Assembly: GCA_044356215.1 (NCBI GenBank)
Contig: JBIKWQ010000031.1
Coordinates: 1 to 37,487 of the forward strand
Origin: Bdellovibrionota bacterium
GTDB lineage: Bacteria; Bdellovibrionota_C; UBA2361; OMII01
Length of the DNA stretch: 37,487 nt
Reading direction: 5' to 3'
Part shown: positions 28,599 to 37,487 of the stretch, piece by piece
Numbering within the stretch: the first letter of the stretch is position 1
Layout of the letters: every line of letters starts with the position of its first letter
Made by a program: the position numbers and the translations under genes
The notes under the pieces: model-generated
What the model was told of the DNA's origin: nothing
The model's input: the letters and a program-made list of their open reading frames with translations, nothing else
Database searches by the model: none

Positions 28599-30113
28599 AT
28601 GCGATCTGAGCTTGAAGTTAATAGAGGGGATCTATCAAAGCGCGCCTTCGTTTTATCTATCGCGATGATCGTGTGCGGATTTATCGCATTCCCGATATAT
28701 CAATTCTTTATAACTGGAGGCCCACTGTTTTATGTAAACGGGATAGATGAGTCTAGCTACCTATCGTATCCATTCGCGTCGTATACGGCGGGTAACATGG
28801 GCGCGCATAGAATCTTAAGCCACCTAGTGGTCGACCTGCATAACTTGGGGCTATCAGGAGGCTACTGTAACTTATTATTTGATCTGATTATCACCCCGCT
28901 TGTTATTGTCTGCGCTTATATCGCTTTAAAGAGGAGCAATGTCGTAGCTGCCAGCGCCAGAAGAGTAGCTTTACTTACATTTCTAGGGGCTTTCTTTTTT
29001 AATCCCACAAACCCTTTGATCAAAGCGCTAGATCTGTGGCACTACGCGCCTAGTCTAATCACCTGGACGGTTGTGCCATTTAACGCGGAGCTCCCCTTCG
29101 CTAGAAGCCCTGAACCACAGTTATCTTGGTTTATTGTCACGCTCTGGTTAGCTCTATTAGGTGGAACAAGGTGGCTACGCTTGAGCGCCTTTATCGTCGC
29201 GCCATTTCTTTATTCATTCGTTAGGTTGCCGTTTTTGTTTGTGGCGATAGCTTCACTAATAGCTAAGCGTTTAAACTTAAGCCGTAGCTGCATCATATCG
29301 TGGATCTCTCTGGGGGCGCTGATGGGGGTATTCTTAAGTGTGAAGAGCGATCCGCGGCTTGCTTGGTATGTCACCGCATCAAGGTTGCCGATGCTTCCCT
29401 TTACCGGTGTAGCCTCATTAGCGCTTTATTTATTTATTCGCCGCGCCCTTCCAGAAAAGCTTAAAAAGATAGTGCCTATCTTAGTAGTATCAACTTGGGT
29501 TGGACCTAACATTCAGGTAATAAGTGGCGCTTTCGCGGCGCCGGTTAACTACGAGCAGTATTGGGGAGTGGTGGTGTGCGCGTTCTTGCTGGCGCTCGTT
29601 ATAGATTTACGAAGTGCGACTAAGAACCTTTGGCTCTCCCTCGCGCTCGGAGTTTTTATTTATCAGAGCGTTTATATATTTAAAGCTAATAAAACAGTCA
29701 TGGGTAAGATAAGCAACCTGCCACGAGTTCTGGAAATGGTTAAGAGCGCTCCGCAGTCAGTCGCGGCGAGTGATGTATTTATCGCTTCGTATCTTGATCT
29801 AGCTTATCCCCGGCAGGCGGCGACGGTGTTTTCGTTTAATAATACATACGCTCACGGTGATGAAAACTTTAAACGTTATATCTGCGCTAAGAGATATATT
29901 GAGCGCAATCACGCTGATTTGCTGCCAAGTTATGCTTTTCTATTTGAGATGCTTGATAACGGCTACAGAGTAAAGGGGATCGATAGATTGGTTAATGCTG
30001 GAAGATCTTCGGCGCCTAGTAACGTATCTCAGAGTTTTAGTTTTGCTGAGCCATCAGAGGCGGAATGCGGAGCGAATAATTTTGAGTTGGTGGTGGCTGC
30101 TGGTGTCTCTTGA
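28599..30113 (+). CDS. Hypothetical polytopic membrane protein, possibly GT-C-like
   Basis: First TM followed by NGIDESSY acidic loop, about 10 further hydrophobic segments, soluble C-terminal domain. Confidence 0.6.
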   Translation: MRSELEVNRGDLSKRAFVLSIAMIVCGFIAFPIYQFFITGGPLFYVNGIDESSYLSYPFASYTAGNMGAHRILSHLVVDLHNLGLSGGYCNLLFDLIITPLVIVCAYIALKRSNVVAASARRVALLTFLGAFFFNPTNPLIKALDLWHYAPSLITWTVVPFNAELPFARSPEPQLSWFIVTLWLALLGGTRWLRLSAFIVAPFLYSFVRLPFLFVAIASLIAKRLNLSRSCIISWISLGALMGVFLSVKSDPRLAWYVTASRLPMLPFTGVASLALYLFIRRALPEKLKKIVPILVVSTWVGPNIQVISGAFAAPVNYEQYWGVVVCAFLLALVIDLRSATKNLWLSLALGVFIYQSVYIFKANKTVMGKISNLPRVLEMVKSAPQSVAASDVFIASYLDLAYPRQAATVFSFNNTYAHGDENFKRYICAKRYIERNHADLLPSYAFLFEMLDNGYRVKGIDRLVNAGRSSAPSNVSQSFSFAEPSEAECGANNFELVVAAGVS

Positions 30114-30120
30114 GCTTGCG

Positions 30121-30176
30121 TTTGAGTCCTTTGAGTCTTTTGAGTGCCCCTTTGTGTCCTTTGCGTCCTCTGTGTT
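30121..30176. repeat. Degenerate 9-bp tandem array (ctttg(a/t/c)gtc), same family as inner arms of the 10984-11144 element
   Basis: tttgagtc ctttgagtc ttttgagtg ccc ctttgtgtc ctttgcgtc ctctgtgtt. Confidence 0.7.
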
Positions 30177-30290
30177 GAAAGAAAGTCTCCGGTACTTGAT
30201 GGGGCACGCGTACATCGATCTCGCGAGACCTGTTCTATTAAGGCTCTGCTTTGCAGAGAGTGTTTCGATAGTAGCCTGGTAAGGTTTATG

Positions 30291-30342
30291 TTGCTCATGC
30301 GGTGAATAGGCACTATAATCACCGTAAAATATGCGGTGATTA
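30291..30342 (+). promoter_or_regulatory. Sigma70-like promoter with three TGCGGTGA-like operator boxes upstream of second Fic gene
   Basis: TTGCTC(30291)-17 nt-TATAAT(30314); ATGCGGTGA in spacer; IR taatcaccgta-aaata-tgcggtgatta (30316-30342). Confidence 0.65.
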
Positions 30343-30344
30343 GC

Positions 30345-31448
30345 ATGTGGATTCATAAGCATCGAAATTGGCCAAATTTTGTTTGGGATGTGGAAGCTGT
30401 AGCGCCCAAGTTAGCTGATGTGCGCTACGCCCAAGGGCGGCTGCTTGGACGTATGGAAAGCCTTGGCTTTGAGCTAAAGCGTGAGGCCAGTCTTAACACC
30501 CTCACGAGCGATGTAGTTAAATCCTCAGCGATTGAGGGAGAGAAGCTTAACCCAGACGAGGTCAGATCCTCGATTGCACGGAGATTGGGAATTGATATCG
30601 CTGGAATCGGCTCAGCGAACCGGGACGTAGAAGGCATCGTTGAGATGATGCTAGACGCCACACGGCAGTTTTCTGAGCCTCTAACAAGCACGCGTCTACT
30701 TGATTGGCACGCCGCGCTCTTCCCAGCGGGGCGTAGCGGCATGCATAAAATTACCGTTGGAAATTGGCGTACTTTAAAAGCTGGCCCCATGCGGGTAGTT
30801 TCCGGCTCCCTCGGTAAAGAAAAAGTTCACTTCGAAGCTCCCAGCGCCGATCGTTTGGAGCGGGAAATGCGGGCTTTTCTTAAATGGTTTGAAAACGGGA
30901 AATATATCGATCCAGTAATTAAGGCAGGAATAGGACATTTTTGGTTCGTAACGATTCACCCTTTTGAGGACGGGAATGGTCGTATCGCCAGGGCCATCGG
31001 AGATATGGCTTTGGCGCGCGCTGATTGCTCGCGAGATCGTTTCTACAGCCTATCGTCTCAGATTGAGGCGGAGCGGAGAGACTATTACCGGCAACTTGAA
31101 AGACAGCAACGCGCGACCCCTGATATTACAGGGTGGCTATTATGGTTTCTTAATTGTTTAGGACGAGCGATCTCTAACGCGGAAACAACGCTTGGGAATG
31201 TTCTATACAAGGCGCGGCTCTGGGATACAATTAATCAGAACCCCGTGAATGAACGCCAGCGTTTGATTATAAACCGCATGCTGGACGAGGATTTTCGGGG
31301 TTTTATGAATACCTCGAAATACGCGAAGCTAGCCAAATGCTCAAACGACACAGCCTTACGAGACATTCAAGAGCTAAAGAAAAGGGGGCTTTTTATTCAA
31401 AACTCAGGGGGTGGGCGTAGTACGAGTTATAGACTGGCGGAGAGATAA
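30345..31448 (+). CDS. Fic family protein (DUF4172 + Fic + HTH)
   Basis: MWIH..NWPNF.WD, SSAIEG, VRSSIARRLG, HPFEDGNGRIAR, TALRDI...GGRSTSY. Confidence 0.93.
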   Translation: MWIHKHRNWPNFVWDVEAVAPKLADVRYAQGRLLGRMESLGFELKREASLNTLTSDVVKSSAIEGEKLNPDEVRSSIARRLGIDIAGIGSANRDVEGIVEMMLDATRQFSEPLTSTRLLDWHAALFPAGRSGMHKITVGNWRTLKAGPMRVVSGSLGKEKVHFEAPSADRLEREMRAFLKWFENGKYIDPVIKAGIGHFWFVTIHPFEDGNGRIARAIGDMALARADCSRDRFYSLSSQIEAERRDYYRQLERQQRATPDITGWLLWFLNCLGRAISNAETTLGNVLYKARLWDTINQNPVNERQRLIINRMLDEDFRGFMNTSKYAKLAKCSNDTALRDIQELKKRGLFIQNSGGGRSTSYRLAER

Positions 31449-31462
31449 AGATAGTGCGCTAA

Positions 31463-34400
31463 CTATTGAAGCGCATGATAAATCCCTGATGCTCGTTGGT
31501 ACTGCTCTTGAGTCAATAGTGACCGCACCATGCTGAGTCCGTATCCTATGTTCTCAAGATTAGAAGATGAACTGACGGTAAATAATGGTTTTATCGAGTC
31601 ATTCTGAGGGTCAAATTCAGAATCCGTAACCAATCCAGTATATCCCTCGAGCTGGCAGATCTGATTCAAGCCGTAACGCAGGTTCGTATTATACAGCACC
31701 TTTGCGCCCTTCTCGGTAACTCTCTTTAAGACCGCTAATTGAATGGCGGCAAGCTCAATCGGATCGCTTCCTATAATCTCATCGATTATGAGGAGTCTGC
31801 CAGGTCGCGCGCTTGAGGTGTTCTTGGCTAATTTAGAGAGCGCATCCTCAAAATAGCTTTTTCCTGAATTGGGGCTCGCTTCCGCTCCAAAATACGAATA
31901 GACCTCGTCTATTCCACCTAATTTAAGGGATGCCCATGAGCGACCGAATTTAAGCGCCATAAAAGCGCAGAAGAATAGTGAGCGGTTTAATACCGATTTC
32001 CCTGATCCATTTGGTCCGAGCAACACCGCTGCGTTTGACCCCTCAGGCATGGTGAACGACTGAGCTATCCCATCCTGCATGAAAAGATCTGCTGGAGTTA
32101 TCTCTGAGTTGAGTACTTGACGGATATAGGGAAAATTTAAGAGGGGGAGTGCTTTCTCCATTGAGATCTCCGCTCCCGAGGAGGGCTCAACTTTATTTAG
32201 CTGAGATTTAATGCTCCAAGCACTTCCAAGTAATAAATCGATTCTCTGAAAAAAGTAGACGGGCAGGGCTTCGCTAGGTTCTTGGTCTATAGGGACTGAA
32301 GCATAAGCACCTTCCTGATCTTTATTCACATTGGAGCCGCTTATAGATACCGCAACGTCTCGCTGGTCGCCTTTACTAGGAGGCTGTTTAAAGCAATTCA
32401 TACTTCTGTACAGATCGTTCGCCGCGCCTCTGTCAATTTGAGCAAGGCGTCCTACGATCTGCAGCTTGAAGGTTTCTAAGCTAGTTTTATCTGGAAGAAG
32501 TGAAAACATTGTGGTGAGCGAGTTTTTTACTTTGGCTGCGTATTCCGCGGTTAAATTCGATACTCCTATCTCCTCATCTCGATTTTTAATTGAAGCGCCA
32601 CGCGCGCTATAGAGACTCTGTAGCTCCGCGCGTAATGTCTTTAACACCTCTTCGGAGAGATCGGCTAAGTCTCTAACGCTACAAAGAAAATTATGATTCA
32701 CATACGTAGGTATATTTATATTTCCGGGTTCCGCCACCACAGAGTAGATGGTCTTCCAGTAATCAATGTGGTTAAGCATGAAAAACTCTGGCCGAAATAA
32801 AGCTTTGCAGAGCACAGCGCAATCAAATTTTTGTTGCGGGTCGATTAATCCCGGCTCGTCATTCAGGACCTCTTCCGGAGTGCAATTGGGGATAGCGACG
32901 TAATTATTATTCTGAAGCATCAAAAAATATCGACGCGCCAAATCGATCGTGCGAGCGTCGAATCCCGCGGTGCTCATCAGCTCTATCGCGTGACTATGAA
33001 CCGCGATGCCGGAAGAGAATGTATAGCTCGGCACGGGCCTTCCATTATCCAAGGAGATGTCCATTTTAACTCCCTGCATCCTTCGGTCTGAGTCGCACAG
33101 TAATTTGAAGGTCTGTTTGAAGTGACTGGTCGCTATTAGCAACGCGCCCTTTGAAACTATGTCTTCGTAGAGCGCGGTGGCCACGGCGACCACCTGCGCG
33201 GAGTCTGAGCCGCTAGGAACTTCATCCGCAATCACTACATCCCCTGGGCCGACTCGTGCGGCTATCATCGCGAGCTTGTTGACGCCGTCGCGGAAGAACC
33301 CCAGTTCTCCGCTGTTCTGCGCAGGTGGGGGTGCTACCACCTCAAGTCTGTTTACTATCGGAAGCTTTGCTGAAGTGCACATGAGGGGAAGTCCCGCTTG
33401 ATTGTCTAGTATCGCTCGGGCGATTCCATATACTACCTGGGACTTCCCTGACCTGTTTGACCCGCTTATTAAAAATCCCCGCCCCTGAGTTTCACCGACG
33501 GGCTGGCTGCTAAAGGACAAAGGCACTAACTTTTTTAGGTTGATACTAGATGCGGGTGTGTTATTTGAGGAATGGGATAGTGCTTCCCGTAATTTCTTAT
33601 GCTGACTGTGCGGTTCGAGTAACTTATTAACAACCGACGTAGGCTGATCTCCCCGCCCAGTTAATCCGTGAACCAGCATCGGATTGTGGTAGCCGGTGAT
33701 CTCAATCGTTGAATCGCCCGAGATCTCGGCGAACTTCGCTCCATCGTTGAGCACCATTAAAGCACAGCGAGCATGGTAGTCTACGCTGGCTAATCCGTCT
33801 TGCAAGATCCTAAAGGGAAAGACGCGCAGATATGAGTGAGGGAGATCGCCTTCAAATGACTTTGGGCAGATATCTTCAAAAATCCTACACAGCTCAAGCC
33901 CTTGCTTAGCCGCATCGCTGAGATCTTTTTCGCATTCATCAACCGCTGCGAGCCTCTTTAAAGCCATTCTAAGGTTTGTCGCGCTGCATGTTTCTCCATA
34001 TTTTTTGAGGTCGTCAGTGTCAGAACAGTCAACTTCATCGAAATCTTGCTGGATATTGCCCCTCTCATCAACTTCGAATCCGAATCTATTTTTTAATTCG
34101 TTTAACTGTTCTCTGGTGCATAACTGGTAAGCATTGCACAAGGGATCCGCGGCGAATTGAAGGAAATCTGGATTATTAGTGAAATGCTGAATGTCTGAAT
34201 GACTTAAAATTCTATCAATTCTAGTGGTAACTCGGTTACACATAGCGCCAGGAGCGTCTGATAATTGCGCTCTGATCTGCAGCATAGCCATTACACACCG
34301 TCCTAGCGATATAACTACGCGCGCATTGTCTGGCATAGGGAGGTCATAGGTTATAGCCGGGCATTTCGAATGACGAGGCCCGTGGCGTTGGATGCGGAGA

Positions 34401-34792
34401 TAGTAAAGCTGCTTTTGAAACTCTTCTGCTGACTCGGTAAAAATGGCGACGTGCTTAGAGAGTGCTCTAAGGGACTTAGTCGGATTTTCGGAATCCTTAA
34501 ACGCGTCTATTAACGATTCGGTGCCTTCGCGGCGTGCTTTTAATTTATCCTCTATAAGAGCCAAGCTAGCAAGATTCCTGGCGAGTATTTTGAGTACGTA
34601 ATCTGAGGCGCCGTGAAAGGCAGGGTACTGCTCTTGAAGTTCTTTAAGTCCACTTTCAGTTGAAATGCCAAGGTAACGCATCTCTTCCGGAGAGAGGTGC
34701 GGCTTTGGTGTTGTCTTTTGAGCCGAGGCTTGTTCCTGGGAGCGTGGCTTGGTTGGCCGCCCATGCACGCTATAATCAGATGAAGTTTGCAT
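31463..34792 (-). CDS. Protein with two tandem MutS domain V-like ABC ATPase domains
   Basis: Domain 1: ISGSNRSGKS, QAGLPL, IADEVPSGSD, IATSHF, PSYTFSSG..SHAIE. Domain 2: LLGPNGSGKS, KSYFED, IIDEIIGSDP, YNTNL, KPLFTV. Confidence 0.75.
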   Translation of the reverse strand: MQTSSDYSVHGRPTKPRSQEQASAQKTTPKPHLSPEEMRYLGISTESGLKELQEQYPAFHGASDYVLKILARNLASLALIEDKLKARREGTESLIDAFKDSENPTKSLRALSKHVAIFTESAEEFQKQLYYLRIQRHGPRHSKCPAITYDLPMPDNARVVISLGRCVMAMLQIRAQLSDAPGAMCNRVTTRIDRILSHSDIQHFTNNPDFLQFAADPLCNAYQLCTREQLNELKNRFGFEVDERGNIQQDFDEVDCSDTDDLKKYGETCSATNLRMALKRLAAVDECEKDLSDAAKQGLELCRIFEDICPKSFEGDLPHSYLRVFPFRILQDGLASVDYHARCALMVLNDGAKFAEISGDSTIEITGYHNPMLVHGLTGRGDQPTSVVNKLLEPHSQHKKLREALSHSSNNTPASSINLKKLVPLSFSSQPVGETQGRGFLISGSNRSGKSQVVYGIARAILDNQAGLPLMCTSAKLPIVNRLEVVAPPPAQNSGELGFFRDGVNKLAMIAARVGPGDVVIADEVPSGSDSAQVVAVATALYEDIVSKGALLIATSHFKQTFKLLCDSDRRMQGVKMDISLDNGRPVPSYTFSSGIAVHSHAIELMSTAGFDARTIDLARRYFLMLQNNNYVAIPNCTPEEVLNDEPGLIDPQQKFDCAVLCKALFRPEFFMLNHIDYWKTIYSVVAEPGNINIPTYVNHNFLCSVRDLADLSEEVLKTLRAELQSLYSARGASIKNRDEEIGVSNLTAEYAAKVKNSLTTMFSLLPDKTSLETFKLQIVGRLAQIDRGAANDLYRSMNCFKQPPSKGDQRDVAVSISGSNVNKDQEGAYASVPIDQEPSEALPVYFFQRIDLLLGSAWSIKSQLNKVEPSSGAEISMEKALPLLNFPYIRQVLNSEITPADLFMQDGIAQSFTMPEGSNAAVLLGPNGSGKSVLNRSLFFCAFMALKFGRSWASLKLGGIDEVYSYFGAEASPNSGKSYFEDALSKLAKNTSSARPGRLLIIDEIIGSDPIELAAIQLAVLKRVTEKGAKVLYNTNLRYGLNQICQLEGYTGLVTDSEFDPQNDSIKPLFTVSSSSNLENIGYGLSMVRSLLTQEQYQRASGIYHALQ

Positions 34793-35246
34793 TAGAAGCT
34801 CTCCCTGGCCCTCTGGCTATATACGCTGTTTTATATGGAGCCCGGAACCTAGTCAATTTTTGCTAGTTTGACTCGTTTAATTGGAGCTAACTAGCTGAAA
34901 CATGGGATTTTAGGGCAACCAAGAAAGAAGATGCGCTAAAAAGCTCTTAGCGATGCAATAACAGGAGCCATAGAAAAATCCGGTGAAACGAACACCTCAT
35001 GTCAGTCTGTGCCCTTGATAAATAACCTCTAGGACGTCTACCTATCGCTAGTATCCTAAAGCTCTGACGAGGTCGGCGATTCTAACCGCGCTTTCGTTAC
35101 TGGGTATCATTAACGTAACTCTTTTAGTTAAGGGCGCTTACCATCAGTAAAAGGGGACTTATACCCTTCGAATTGTGCGGAATTAAAGAGAGGCCGGAAG
35201 CTGGGACTGATGTGTAGTTGCAACGATAAGTAATCCATAACGAACA

Positions 35247-35561
35247 CTAGGCAACGCGCTTTTTAACCTCAACCGTGTAATCAAGTCCTAAAGATTCGAC
35301 CTGTTCCTGAAGCGCTAGCTGAACAAGGACGGTAGGAGAGTACCCAATCTTCTTGGCGATATGAGCGGCCTTAAAGAGACTAACTCCCTTACGTCCTTTC
35401 TCTATGTCACAAAGGTTCGCGGGAGAGATGCCTATTTTCTCAGCGAATTCTTTTTGATTCATGCCTTCTGACTTTCTCCAAGAGGAAATGAGCCTTCCTA
35501 TCGTAAGTTCGCCGTATTTTTTTTCCAGGTCTTTTAATCCCAACTTCTCTTTAGTACTCAT
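35247..35561 (-). CDS. XRE-family HTH antitoxin (HigA-like)
   Basis: MNQKEFAEKIGISPANLCDIEKGRKGVS; overlaps stop of upstream toxin remnant. Confidence 0.88.
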   Translation of the reverse strand: MSTKEKLGLKDLEKKYGELTIGRLISSWRKSEGMNQKEFAEKIGISPANLCDIEKGRKGVSLFKAAHIAKKIGYSPTVLVQLALQEQVESLGLDYTVEVKKRVA

Positions 35562-35744
35562 GCTTTGATACCTCTATGACCTCTACAATATGTATTTTAC
35601 CGTCCTCATGTTCAACGTAGATGGCTCGATTAACCCGACTCGCTCAACAACCATCGTCCAAGCAATAAACTTGTCACGAATAAAAAAGGGGACTTTAGCC
35701 AGTGCCTTATCGACTCCCTTGTTCCAAGAGACCTTATAGTCCAT
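35551..35744 (-). pseudogene. HigB/RelE-like toxin with internal deletion and frameshift
   Basis: MDYKVSWNKGVDKALAKVPFFIRDKFIAWTMVVERVGL, then a shifted frame RAIYVEHEDGKIHIVEVIEVSKHEY*; central part missing. Confidence 0.75.
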
Positions 35745-35752
35745 AAATAACA

Positions 35753-35782
35753 ATGATACTGCTAATAGCAGTATTTAATCAA
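35753..35782 (-). promoter_or_regulatory. higBA promoter with palindromic operator
   Basis: TTGATT-18 nt-TATCAT on minus strand, 8 nt before ATG; perfect IR ATACTGCTA-A-TAGCAGTAT (35756-35774). Confidence 0.7.
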
Positions 35783-36032
35783 CTACAAATTTAGTTTTAT
35801 AATCAGGCCTAAAAAATAATTAATTTAAGAATTGTAGCAGTAGATTGAGTAGTTAGGATTAGTCTTGGCCGCTGATGAGAGATGGTTCAAAAGATTGTAA
35901 CTACTCAGCATATTCTGCCGCAATAACGGAAGATGCTCCTGATTATTATTGGTCTATGTTCGATTAGTCCTTCTTTGTAAGACTATTCACCCTCATCGGA
36001 GGCGTCCCAAAGAGGGTCGAAGATAGATGCTT

Positions 36033-37154
36033 TCATGGTGACATTGCATCGGCATACCCACCCTCAGCAACAACTTTTAATTTCATCGGCCGTTCAGTAG
36101 AGCCGTCCCTCATAAAACGAAAACGTCCCGAGGCGCCCTCGCGCCACTCCTCGTTTCTCATCTTAGCGGGGATACATTCATTAAGAGGTGATGTCGCTGC
36201 TTCCTGGCAGGCATGCGACTCTTTAAGTAGCGCCTTGAATCCGTCATACGAGAACACGAAATCATCGGCTACATCCTGGCCTAATTTGGCCGCTATTTGT
36301 TCTCGAGCGTGTGAGAATAGCTCCTGGTTGATATCAAATCTAAGAACAAATGCGCCATTAAATGGCCGTCTTGCCGCCTTGTCATGGGTTTGAAGCATAC
36401 TCGATTGGAGGATAATCGCTCCGTTGTATCGCAGGGCGGCTAGCTGTTTAACAACGAAAGCCGCTGTTGATTCACCGGTCATTAGAATCACAACCTCAGG
36501 TTTGTCGCGCAAAGTCGCGACTAGATCGGCTCCAACAGGTGGAGAGTCTAAGTTGAACTCTCTAAGCTTTAAACTAAATGGGAGATTACTTGCGGTTACG
36601 GCATCACTGATACCTTGCGCGAACTGCTGGCCGAAATAATCTGACGCGACCAGAGCCGTCCCCTTTTTCCATCCACGCTCTCTAATCAGGTCGGCTATGT
36701 ATTGCCCCTCATAGTTTAAAAGCGATAGCCACGAGAGCGCGTTTGGGTGCGCGCTCTGAAACTCGTGTGATGACCGACCCGAGATAAACATAGGAAGATT
36801 CTTTGCCCGCGCCATCGGCGCTATAACTCGCGCGCCTCCTAAGCAAGACGCCACAATTATATCTACGCCTCTTTGATTAGTAAGGCTTAGAAAGGCGCTT
36901 AACGCCTTAGTTGATGAGCAGGATTCCTCATCTTCAAAGAACAGTTCGGCGGGATTATCGCTTTCTGAATTAGCTAGTTCAATCGCGCTCTGCACGCTTC
37001 TGCCCCAGGTGGCAACGGCGCCTGATAGTGGAGCTATGACACCGATTTTTAGATGCTTTTTACCGTGCGAGTTATCAGCGGATGCTGCATTTACGATCGC
37101 TAAAGCTGATAGAAAAACAGTGGCTAGTGTCTTAAAGTCTCTAGTTCTAAGCAT
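36033..37154 (-). CDS. Second stand-alone type I periplasmic binding protein (LivK-like)
   Basis: Signal peptide, KIGVIAPLSG, FEDE, FSYDG, EGASGRFRF..DG. Confidence 0.85.
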   Translation of the reverse strand: MLRTRDFKTLATVFLSALAIVNAASADNSHGKKHLKIGVIAPLSGAVATWGRSVQSAIELANSESDNPAELFFEDEESCSSTKALSAFLSLTNQRGVDIIVASCLGGARVIAPMARAKNLPMFISGRSSHEFQSAHPNALSWLSLLNYEGQYIADLIRERGWKKGTALVASDYFGQQFAQGISDAVTASNLPFSLKLREFNLDSPPVGADLVATLRDKPEVVILMTGESTAAFVVKQLAALRYNGAIILQSSMLQTHDKAARRPFNGAFVLRFDINQELFSHAREQIAAKLGQDVADDFVFSYDGFKALLKESHACQEAATSPLNECIPAKMRNEEWREGASGRFRFMRDGSTERPMKLKVVAEGGYADAMSP

Positions 37155-37414
37155 AATGTGGCTTTATTAGAGCCACCGCTGCGTTGCGAGTCAAGGGGCT
37201 GATATCTCCCGAGCCAGGAAGAAGTACCACTTAAGCTTATGGAAGGCCGGCAAAACCCCTCCCTACTGCGAAAGCGGATCTTGAGCTGCTCTTCGAGTTT
37301 TCGAGATGGAAAAAAATCCTCAATGTATCACAGTGGATACATCTCCGGCCTTCGCTAAAGCGGGAATGTCCGACACTCCGTTGAAATTTTGAGCAGAGTG
37401 GTAGGTAATCATCA

Positions 37415-37487
37415 TTAAGCTACCTTTCTTAATTCGTCAAGCTGTCTGCCTGAGCACATTGCTTTTAGCTTACGAATAAATATTGGT
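37415..37487 (-). CDS. Possible C-terminus of a gene entering from the right edge
   Basis: Open frame PIFIRKLKAMCSGRQLDELRKVA*; only 23 residues visible. Confidence 0.3.
   Translation of the reverse strand, partial: PIFIRKLKAMCSGRQLDELRKVA

Noticed and set aside
31463..34792. Canonical mutS or mutS2
   Set aside because: Duplicated ATPase, no recognisable mismatch-binding or Smr domain
35050..35190. Hydrophobic stop-interrupted frame (YPKALTRSAILTALSLLGIINVTLLVKG), possible membrane-gene relic; similar debris at 24385-24540
   Set aside because: Too short and unassignable without a search
37248..37370. c-di-GMP-I riboswitch (GGCAAA...GAAA)
   Set aside because: Paired stems and GCAAAG/CTAAA spacing do not fit

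Overview
Bacterial chromosomal window of moderate GC. I found no rRNA, tRNA, CRISPR array or intact transposase/integrase. The backbone holds an apparent lipid-linked-sugar glycosylation cluster: two tandem DUF2298/YYY membrane proteins, and a convergent operon of a GtrB-like GT2, an FAD oxidoreductase and a TIGR03663/Agl23-like GT-C protein. Next to it is a secreted Cys-rich protein with X-G-S repeats. Other backbone genes are glutamine synthetase, glutathione peroxidase, an AmpG-like permease, pirin, a TPR protein and two stand-alone LivK-like binding proteins. Accessory genes are interspersed: hipBA, two Fic genes, an antitoxin/ParE module, a deleted higB with higA, an AAA_14/DUF4143 ATPase, a zincin, an alpha/beta hydrolase, a receiver-like/PPDK-derived fusion and a protein with two tandem MutS-type ATPase domains. 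At three sites a diverged copy of the upstream gene's 3' end sits downstream of extra DNA, suggesting integrase-free gene gain anchored by homology. Family calls come from motif recognition by eye; no searches were run.
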